Assembly (NCBI GenBank): GCA_963785635.1
Contig: CAWAWB010000025.1
Coordinates: 4,729 to 68,728 of the forward strand
Source of the DNA: an uncultured Phycisphaerales bacterium
GTDB taxonomy: Bacteria; Planctomycetota; Phycisphaerae; SM23-33; FEN-1343
Length of the DNA: 64,000 nt
Direction of reading: 5' to 3'
Each line of letters begins with the position of its first letter. Positions within the stretch are counted from its first letter, which is position 1. Both the position numbers and the translations under genes were made by a program. The notes under the pieces are model-generated. The model made no database searches, was not told the origin of the DNA, and saw only the letters and a program-made list of their open reading frames with translations. Of the stretch, positions 11,601 through 19,305 are shown one piece after another.

Positions 11601-13176
11601 TTTCCGATTCTCGGATATCGCGAAGCCGGCGGATAAGTTTAGCTTTCTCTTCCCTAAGCGCCCTGAGATGCTCTTCCAGTTCTCTGAGTTGGTATTGAGC
11701 GTCGTCCTCAATCCACTCATCTTTCTGACGAAGAATACCGCCAACGCTAGATTCCAACGACTGCCTTTCGTCAAGACCATGCCCAAGTAAATTGACGCAA
11801 AGAGGGCGCAATTCAGTCGGAACCAGATCTTCAAGAACACGAAGAGCACGCGGCGTTTTAGCCGTTATGAGAGTCCTTTGACCCGTGGCCAGCAGATGAC
11901 AAATCAGGTTCGCGATAGTGTGGGATTTCCCCGTGCCCGGGGGGCCTTGCACCAGTACCCCATTGGCGGTTCTCATCTTTTCAACGATTCTGCGCTGTTC
12001 CTGGTTCCAAGGTTTTGGGAAAAACACCTCGCCATCGTGTTTTGCATCCGTCTCCTCAAAACCATCATCAGCGGGTATGCCACCACCGGTAGGATGTTCA
12101 ATTAAATCGGCAAACTCGCTAGGAATCTCTTGGCTCTCTGTGATCCGGTCCTTTATCCGTTTGAGGACTTCTGTGAGTCCCTTGCTCGAGCGTTTTCTTA
12201 AGATCAGGGCAGGAGCAAACTCAACGATTGGCGCTCTTGACGGGTGAGCCCTTGAATCCAAGTAACTTTCATACAAGCCTGGTGGATTTATTGAATGTAC
12301 GAGAGCCCTAAGAACGTCCTCAATGCAACCCGACTTCCAAGGATCATCTTCGGCGGCCGCAAGTGAAGATTTTGCGGCCTCTTCCGCTCGCGGTGGTTGT
12401 TCCTCAACATCCAACATGTCAAACTCGGGGCGAACTTTAGCCCCGTCTGTATGAGGGCGGACAATAAACTTCCCCAATCTCGCTTCAAACTCCAAGGTTG
12501 CATCGGCCACAACCAGGTGTCGCCGGATACGCTGCCCGCTTGCAGTCTGCCAACTAAGCAGGCCTATGCCAAGAACTAGTTCATATTCTTCCCCTAGCCT
12601 GAGCTGGTCTTGATGTATAGCAAACAGTCCGGAATAAACGTTGTGAACCTTTTCCCACGCGTCATGCGCCTCCGCCCACGGAAGCCATTTGTCTTGCACA
12701 AAACTATCCCAGGCTGTTTGAATTTCGGGGTATTCGTCGAGTCGCTCAATGTGCGCGATGAATTCCGGTTGATCGGATCCCTCTCGCCATGCAGGGTTCT
12801 TGATTTGTCTAGTAATTTCAAGGAGAAGGTTGGGCAAGTCGGTTTTAATACGAAGAGATGACAGATGAACCCAATCTTGGCACCCAGCCGGAATCGCGGG
12901 CAAACTAGGCTCTCGCCGATTTTGAACCTCTAGCCATTCGTCTTGGTCATGTTCTTCATCAGGTCCCCACGCCTGAGTAAAACATGCTGGGTCATGTGGA
13001 ATGTCCGAAAACCAAAGGACTTTTTGATACTCTTCAATAGAACGAATCAGCTTCGAGCGCAGAGATGCCAGCCGCAGGAGATACTCAATCAGCCGAACTG
13101 CTTTGTCCGCCTGCGTAGGATTGCCTTTGCTTTCCATGATCCATGTGCCCTCGCCCACGCCAAAGACTTGTTCCAA
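8683..13176 (-). CDS. Giant fusion of a DUF4011-like N-domain, an Upf1-like SF1 helicase and a C-terminal PD-(D/E)xK (DUF559/Vsr-like) nuclease
   Basis: Helicase motifs: I 'GPPGTGKS', II 'IIVDEASQ', III 'VGDDKQISP', '[16 protein letters not shown]', '[11 protein letters not shown]', VI '[16 protein letters not shown]'. C-terminus '[26 protein letters not shown]...[11 protein letters not shown]'. N-terminal '[32 protein letters not shown]'. An alternative start is the ATG at 13137 (MESKGNP). Confidence 0.85.
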   Translation of the reverse strand: [1497 protein letters not shown]

Positions 13177-13264
13177 TCAACTTTCAGACGGTTCGGGCCT
13201 CAAAAGCAAACCATAGGCCTCATTCGTCAAGGCTCCAATGGTTGTCCCCCGAACGCGAGAATAC

Positions 13265-13293
13265 ATTTCACGGTCGTCGCGAGTATTTGTCAA
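13265..13293 (-). promoter_or_regulatory. Candidate sigma70-type promoter for the helicase-nuclease operon
   Basis: On the minus strand: TTGACA (13288-13293), a 17-nt spacer, then TGAAAT (13265-13270). It lies ~90 nt upstream of the first possible start. Pattern match only. Confidence 0.3.
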
Positions 13294-13679
13294 GTTTTGT
13301 CAGCTTTCCGCCTCCTCAAGCCCGGCGAACCGGTGCCCTTTCAATCCCATTCCTACAGTCGCGAGCGGCTGCCTCAGGCCCGTTTACGGGCCTTCGCCCG
13401 CCGCTATCCGGGTATAGACCAGGGCCTTTGGCCCTGGGTAAGAGGTTCCCGTATTAACTCCCATTCCGGCAGTCGCGCGGACCGGCTCGTCCTGCGTAGC
13501 TTTAGCGAAGCGGGGAGGTCCGCGCCCATAGAAATATCTCCCGCCGTTGTTCCGCCATTGTTCTTTCCCCTTCCCCCCAATCCCGCGACCTCGGCGACCA
13601 ATGGCTTGCCAGATTATTCCCACCGCCGCCCCCAATTCCCTTATAATCTCCTCGTTTTGAGGCCCCCGGGAGAACGGTT

Positions 13680-14936
13680 ATGGACGCGGTTGAAACTGTA
13701 AGAAACATCGCCACCGCCGCGCGGCGGGCGGCCAGGAAACTCGCTGTCGCCACCGGTCAGCAGCGCAATCAGGCCCTTTTGCTGGCCGCGGCCCTCATCC
13801 GCAAATCCGCCGGCGACCTCAAGGCCGCCAACGCCATCGACGTCGAGGCCGCCACGAAGGCCGGCCTCTCCTCCGCCATGATCGATCGCCTGCGCCTCAC
13901 CGACAAAGTTATCGAATCCATGGCCAAAGCCCTGGAGCAGATCGCCGCGCAGACCGATCCCGTGGGCCAGACCATCAAGGCGGAGAATCGTCCCGATGGC
14001 CTGCGCATCGAAAAACGCCGCGTGCCCCTCGGCGTCGTGGGCATCATCTATGAGAGCCGGCCCAACGTCACCGCCGATGCGGCGGGCCTGTGCCTCAAGG
14101 CCTCCAGCAGTTGCATCCTGCGGGGCGGCTCCGAGGCCCTCCACTCCAACGTGGCCATCGCCAAGCTGCTCCGCGAGGGAGCGGTTCAGGCGGGCCTGCC
14201 CGCGGATTCCATCACCATGATCGACGTTTCAGACCGGGCCATCGTTCCCGCCATGGCCACCGCCGAAGGGCTCATCGACCTTATTATTCCCCGCGGCGGG
14301 GAGGGCCTGATCCGCGCCGTCGTCCAGGCCGCGACCATTCCCGTGATCAAACATTACACCGGCGTGTGCCACGTGTACGTACACAGCGCGGCCGACCTGG
14401 AAATGGCCCGATCTATCGTCATCAACGCCAAGTGCCAGCGGCCCGGCGTCTGTAACGCGGCGGAAAAACTGCTTGTGGACGAAGCAATCGCCCAAAAGTT
14501 CCTGCCTATGGTCTGCAAAGAACTCAAGGCCAAAGGCGTGGAACTGCGCGGCTGTGAAAAAGCCCGCCAAATCTTCCCCGAAATGTCCGCCGCCACCGAT
14601 GCGGACTGGAACACCGAGTACCTGGAGCTGATTCTCACGGTGGGGGTGGTCAAGGACCTCGACGCGGCCATCGACCACATCAACACCCACAGCAGCAACC
14701 ACACCGATGCCATCGTGACCAGCGATCTGGCCGCGGCGGAGAAATTCGTGGCCGCGGTGGATTCCTCCAGCGTCATGGTCAACGCCTCCACGCGCCTCTC
14801 CGATGGGGGCGTGTATGGTCTGGGGGCCGAGGTGGGCATTTCTACCGACAAGCTCCACGCCCGCGGCCCCATGGGCGCCGAAGACCTGACGACCTATAAG
14901 TGGGTGGTCACGGGTCAGGGTCACTTGCGCGAGTAA
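13680..14936 (+). CDS. proA: Gamma-glutamyl phosphate reductase
   Basis: Full-length aldehyde-dehydrogenase-fold protein. Contains 'RVPLGVVGIIYESRPNVTADAAGLCLKASSSCILRGGSEA' and 'NAKCQRPGVCNAAEKLLV', as in ProA. Confidence 0.9.
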   Translation: MDAVETVRNIATAARRAARKLAVATGQQRNQALLLAAALIRKSAGDLKAANAIDVEAATKAGLSSAMIDRLRLTDKVIESMAKALEQIAAQTDPVGQTIKAENRPDGLRIEKRRVPLGVVGIIYESRPNVTADAAGLCLKASSSCILRGGSEALHSNVAIAKLLREGAVQAGLPADSITMIDVSDRAIVPAMATAEGLIDLIIPRGGEGLIRAVVQAATIPVIKHYTGVCHVYVHSAADLEMARSIVINAKCQRPGVCNAAEKLLVDEAIAQKFLPMVCKELKAKGVELRGCEKARQIFPEMSAATDADWNTEYLELILTVGVVKDLDAAIDHINTHSSNHTDAIVTSDLAAAEKFVAAVDSSSVMVNASTRLSDGGVYGLGAEVGISTDKLHARGPMGAEDLTTYKWVVTGQGHLRE

Positions 14937-15158
14937 TTAGGCGGCGCGGAACCTGCCCGCTCTCGAAAATCATATCCGCCGTGCATAAGCAGCCTTGCGA
15001 CAACTTTCAATTCTTGAACAAGTTAGCTTTTTGACCTGCTCATCAGGCCTGTTTTTTACGCATCCGACTTCCCGCCCATAATGACTCTCCGCTTCAGGCA
15101 GGCATAGAATCGAATATGGTGGTCTATTTAGGATTGCCGCCATGCCAAGGAGCCAGCC

Positions 15159-15619
15159 ATGAAAGCCGATCAATATCTGCGAGAGCAAAACGTATCGTTC
15201 GAGCACCACACGCACACCCCCGTGTACACGGCCCAGGAGCTGGCAGCCGAAGAGCACATCTCCGGGCGGGACGTGGCCAAGGTGGTCATTGTGCAGGCGG
15301 AGCAGCAGGGTTATGTCATGTGCGTCCTGCCGGCCAGCCGCAAGCTCGACCTGAACAAGGTCTGCATGGCCATCGGGTCGCGCCGCTGCCGCCTGGCGGA
15401 TGAATCGGAGATGGGCGAGCTGTTCCCGATTCGGAAGTCGGGGCCGAGGCGCCCTTTGGCAACCTGTACGACATGACCACGCTGGTCGATTCGCGCCTGG
15501 CCGAGGATGCCAGAATCCTCTTCAATGCCGGCAGCCATCGCGATGCCATCGAGATGAGCTACGAGGACTATGCCCGCCTGGCCTCGCCGCAAGTCGTTGA
15601 CATAACTGTCGAAGCATAA
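15159..15619 (+). CDS. YbaK/EbsC-type aminoacyl-tRNA deacylase domain protein, apparent 1-nt deletion ~15428
   Basis: 'MKADQYLREQNVSFEHHTHTPVYTAQELAAEEHISGRDVAKVVIV' continues after a frame switch as 'EVGAEAPFGNLYDMTTLVDSRLAEDARILFNAGSHRDAIEM'. 'ttcccgattcg' would need 'ttcccggattcg' to stay in frame. Confidence 0.7.
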
Positions 15620-15650
15620 AGATGTTATCGACAGCTGACAAAAATGGCCG

Positions 15651-15724
15651 CAACTGAGGAAGTTCCTCAGTTGCCTGTATAAGCGTTACAAACTCCGAAA
15701 CTTTCGGAGTTTGTAACGCTTATA
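15651..15724. terminator. Two consecutive perfect hairpins in the gap between the YbaK-like and glycosyltransferase genes
   Basis: 15651-15673 'caactgagga-agt-tcctcagttg' has a 10-bp stem. 15678-15724 'tataagcgttacaaactccgaaa-c-tttcggagtttgtaacgcttata' has 23-bp perfect arms. No clear T-run follows. Confidence 0.5.
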
Positions 15725-15795
15725 CTTAAATCCTCGCCTCGGTTCCCAATCCCTGCCGATAAATCCGCAGGTCCCTCGTCTTTGCGGAGATACCA

Positions 15796-17284
15796 ATGCC
15801 GTCCGCCGCCCCTCGCATTAACCGATGGATCCTGGCGATTCTGCTGCTCGGTCTGTCACTCAGGCTGGTGCTTTTCTTAGCCGGTCCTGTATCGCATCTT
15901 GATCGCGCCTTGGATGGCGATTCCTCCCGGTACATGGTCCTCGCCGATACCTGGCTTGGGACCGGTACGTTTGGGCTGGAGCAGGAGGAGCGGAACGAAT
16001 CCTCGCCGGTCAAACCGTTTCATGAGCTGCGGCTGGAGCGGGGTGAAGTGCCGCCGCGGATAAACGGCCTCCTGCCCGAACTCTTTCGCACGCCCGGGTA
16101 CCCGGCCTTTCTGACCATCTTTAGAGCGGCCCATGCGCCCTGGCAGGCGGCGCTGGTTGTGCAAATACTGCTAAGCATCGCGGCGGCCGGACTGGTTTTC
16201 ATCCTGGCCCAGCGCTGGCTGACAGACACTCGCGCGGCGATGATCGCCTCGGCCCTCATGGCCCTGACACCCGCCGACATCATCGCCTCCAACATGCTGC
16301 TCACCGAGTCGCTGTATAGCGCGCTCTTCATTGCCGCGATGGCATTCTTATTCTCTTCTCGCAACGGCCGGATAACCTGGCCCATAGCGGCAGTGGCGGC
16401 CGTCGCATTGGGCGCCGCCGCGCTGGTGCGGCCGGTGGGACTTCTAATTGGACCGGCCATAGGCGCCTGGCTGATTCTCTCCCGCCGCACGCGCACCGGC
16501 TTCGCCGCCGGCGCGGCCGTGGCCGCGGTCTCCATGCTGCTGCCCGCGGCGTGGATGTGCCGCAACGCCGCCGAAGGCGGCGGCTTCCACTTCACTAATG
16601 TCTCGACGGTGCACCTGGCCAAGACGGCCGCCATGATGGAGATGCGCCTCTCCGGCCAGACGCGCTACCCGCAGGACTTCACGCCCCACTACACGGCTTT
16701 CATCCAACAGGTCGCCGCGGAAATTCGCCCCGACGAAACTGTGGATGCGCGCCACAGCGCGAGTCTTTCGCCAGCGTGTCCGCGAGCAGCCCAAGGCTTA
16801 TCTCTCGGTGCTGGCCAATAGCGCCGCAAAACTCATGCTCGATCACTCCACACCCCAGCTCTACGCCATGCTGGGGCGGCCCTACACGCCCACCAACCTG
16901 CGCGACCAATTCTTAAGCGGTCACTTTTCCCTTCAAGGGAAAGATCTCTGCGCCGTGGCGCTGCCCGCCGCGTGGACATTACTCAATTTCGCGCTGGCCA
17001 TCCTGATGATCATCGGCCTTCTTCGCCTGTGCCTGCGCGGCCATGCCTGGCCGGCGCTGTTGATGGCGGGCTGCTTCGTCTATTTCGTCCTGGCCACGCA
17101 ATACCACGGGGATGAGCGCATGCGGCTGCCCGTGCTATGGGTAGAGGCAATCGCGGCGGGGTGGGCGTTTGCGCCGCGGCAGAAGATCCACTTATTCCAA
17201 CAGACACCGCAGGCGGCGCCTGCGGCGGCGCAGGAGCCAAACGGCCACGACCATCGGTATCACAAACGCGACGCCGTCAATTAG
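15796..17284 (+). CDS. GT-C fold membrane glycosyltransferase (ArnT/PMT, GT39-like), apparent frameshift ~16740-16800
   Basis: ORFs 15796..16821 and 16745..17284 overlap in different frames. Many TM helices. 'DGDSSRYMVLADTWL...LFRTPGYPAFL' is typical of the first loop of PMT_2/ArnT-like enzymes. Confidence 0.6.
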
Positions 17285-17620
17285 CAGCAGCCACGAGCGT
17301 ATCGCGCTGGGGCGGGCCTTGAAGGTGAAGATGAGCATATCCGTGCAGTTCACAGCCAGACCTACGAGCACGTACACCCAACCGATCAGATCGGCCCAGG
17401 CATAGCCGCGCAGATAGGCGATACCTGCCCACAGGAGCAGAATCCCCAGCACAATGCCCATGGCCGAGGACAGCATCGCCCACTCCAGGGACAGGCCCAT
17501 GGCCTGCGGGCCATGCGCGGCAAAGTCGCTCGCGCCCGCCGGGTTTTCGTGGGCGATGACACGCAGCGTGTTGATCACGTATGGCACGCCGCCCGTCACC
17601 AGGCCGATCACGCCGGCCAT
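17192..17620 (-). CDS. Hypothetical 4-TM membrane protein
   Basis: Hydrophobic helices with an Arg-rich tail. The 3' end overlaps the glycosyltransferase gene by ~90 nt, so the boundaries are uncertain. Confidence 0.35.
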   Translation of the reverse strand: MAGVIGLVTGGVPYVINTLRVIAHENPAGASDFAAHGPQAMGLSLEWAMLSSAMGIVLGILLLWAGIAYLRGYAWADLIGWVYVLVGLAVNCTDMLIFTFKARPSAIRSWLLLIDGVAFVIPMVVAVWLLRRRRRRLRCLLE

Positions 17621-17711
17621 GATGAACAGGATCCCGGCAGGCTCTGCTTTTGTGGTTGATCTGGTCTGTTGCCATAACCGCAGTCTCGCATCTTACACGA
17701 ATCTCGGGGGT

Positions 17712-17912
17712 GAAGAGGAACACGAAGGTCACAAAGAACACAAAGGACACAAAGAAAGACAATGCAAGTGATAATGGTCCCGAGAAGAAGAGGCTTCAGT
17801 CTCTCTTGCCCTATGCGATCTCTGTTCTTTGAAGTTAATTTATGTCACTCTTTTGACTCTTAATTCTTTGTGCTCTTTGTGACCTTTGTGGTCTTTGTGT
17901 TGCTCTTCTTCC
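17712..17912. repeat. Inverted pair of the CACAAAG / CTTTGTG quasi-periodic (9-nt unit) repeat
   Basis: Left arm 17712-17757 'gaagaggaacacgaaggtcacaaagaacacaaaggacacaaagaaag'. Right arm 17866-17912 'ctttgtgctctttgtgacctttgtggtctttgtgttgctcttcttcc'. A ~108-nt AT-richer spacer separates them. Confidence 0.85.
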
Positions 17913-17999
17913 CAAGCAGGACGCTGCCCCGGTTTGAAATGTTTTGTCAGATGTGACTTTCCACGCTGCACATTGTCAAAGGCCCGCTTTTTTCTTAGG

Positions 18000-18614
18000 A
18001 TGTCCCGCGTGAGCGACAATATGCAAAACGAATTATTATCTCCGCAGGAGCAGGCGGCCGTACCGGTGAGCCTGAAGGGCGACATCGAACGCATCTTGAT
18101 CCCGCGCCGGCGGATCGCCGCGCGCATTCGCGCGCTGGCCGGGCGCATCGGGGCCGATTTCGGCGATCGGCCCATGATGCTGGCGGCCGTCATGACGGGC
18201 TCTCTCATCTTCGTGGCCGATCTCATCCGCCATTTGCCCATGAAGATGCGCATACACCTTTTAGGCCTATCCAGCTATCCCGGCAAGGCCACCAAGAGCC
18301 AGGCCATCACCAATAACGGCGAGCGCGGCAACCTGTCCGGCGCGCACGTCCTGGTCATCGACGACATCCTCGATACCGGCCGCACGCTGGCCGTTACGGT
18401 CGAGCGCTGCCGCGAGGCGGGGGCTAGCGCCGTCAGCACGTGCGTGCTGCTGCGTAAACCGCCAGCCAGGCGCGCCAAGGATGGCCTGGCGCAGGTGGAT
18501 TACGTGGGCTTCGATGTGCCGGATGTTTTTGTCGTCGGCTACGGCCTGGATTATGACGATTATTATCGCAACCTGCCGGATATCGCGGTGCTGAAGAGTA
18601 AGCCTCAAAGTTGA
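18000..18614 (+). CDS. hpt: Hypoxanthine-guanine phosphoribosyltransferase
   Basis: PRPP-binding 'HVLVIDDILDTGRTL' and 'FVVGYGLDYDDYYRNLPDI'. The ATG at 18000 (MSRVSD) was chosen over the upstream alternative start at 17886, which lies inside the repeat. Confidence 0.85.
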   Translation: MSRVSDNMQNELLSPQEQAAVPVSLKGDIERILIPRRRIAARIRALAGRIGADFGDRPMMLAAVMTGSLIFVADLIRHLPMKMRIHLLGLSSYPGKATKSQAITNNGERGNLSGAHVLVIDDILDTGRTLAVTVERCREAGASAVSTCVLLRKPPARRAKDGLAQVDYVGFDVPDVFVVGYGLDYDDYYRNLPDIAVLKSKPQS

Positions 18615-18628
18615 GTCTTGGCAAGAAA

Positions 18629-18711
18629 GGGTACAGGTTACAGGTTACAGCCTACAGACACAAAAATCTGCACCCCGGGCCTGTACCCTGTACCCTGTAC
18701 CCTGTAACCTG
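18629..18711. repeat. GTACAGG / CCTGTAC quasi-periodic inverted repeat after hpt
   Basis: Left arm 'gggtacaggttacaggttacagcctacag'. Right arm 'ctgtaccctgtaccctgtaccctgtaacctg'. It uses the same word as the ftsH terminator. The right arm ends 9 nt before the next start codon. Confidence 0.8.
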
Positions 18712-18719
18712 AGACTGCT

Positions 18720-19292
18720 ATGGCCAAGGCCGAAAATCCCGGCGAGGTGAAACTGCCCGCGACCGGCCCGGCGGCGATCCCGCAGGGCCTGATTCGTCCG
18801 GATGAGCAGGTGATCCTGGCCATCAAACCCTCGCTGGCCTTCATCCTCTTGCAAAGTTTGCTCTTCATCGATTTGGTGGTCCTGGCCCTGGCCGCCTGCT
18901 GGATCCTCCATCACGCGCGGCTGTTTGTACTGCCCGTCTGGCATGTCGCGGGGGCCGCGCTGGTGGCCCTTTTCATCCGCCTGCTTGTTGCATTTGTGCA
19001 ATGGCTGGCGCGGACGTATATCCTGACGGATAAACGCATCATCCGCATCAAGGGGGTGTTCTGGGTGCAGATTTTTGAGAGCGGCATTGAACGCGTGCAG
19101 AACGTCACGCTCTCCGTGCCGCTGTTACAGCGAGCCGTGGGCGTGGGCACGATCCTCTTCGCCACGGCCGGTACGGCCGGGCTGGATGTGGCCTGGCTGA
19201 TGGTGGCGCATCCCGCCCAGGTTCTGCAAAAGGTCGCGGACATCCTCCGCCGCGCAGATGACATCAGGGCTGGGGCTATGAGTTATTTGTAG
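18720..19292 (+). CDS. Membrane protein with bacterial PH domain (bPH_2 / YdbS-YdbT-like)
   Basis: Two TM helices, then 'YILTDKRIIRIKGVFWVQIFESGIERVQNVTLSVPLLQRAVGVGTILF', which is the typical bPH_2 pattern. Confidence 0.7.
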   Translation: MAKAENPGEVKLPATGPAAIPQGLIRPDEQVILAIKPSLAFILLQSLLFIDLVVLALAACWILHHARLFVLPVWHVAGAALVALFIRLLVAFVQWLARTYILTDKRIIRIKGVFWVQIFESGIERVQNVTLSVPLLQRAVGVGTILFATAGTAGLDVAWLMVAHPAQVLQKVADILRRADDIRAGAMSYL

Positions 19293-19305
19293 GTCCTTCA
19301 CCGCT

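Noticed and set aside
17886-17999. N-terminal extensions of hpt (from 17886), pncB (from 24688) and the phage gene (from 61914) as listed in the ORF track.
   Set aside because: The extensions translate the CTTTGTG repeat (Cys/Leu/Phe/Val-rich nonsense) and precede good internal ATG starts with conserved N-termini.
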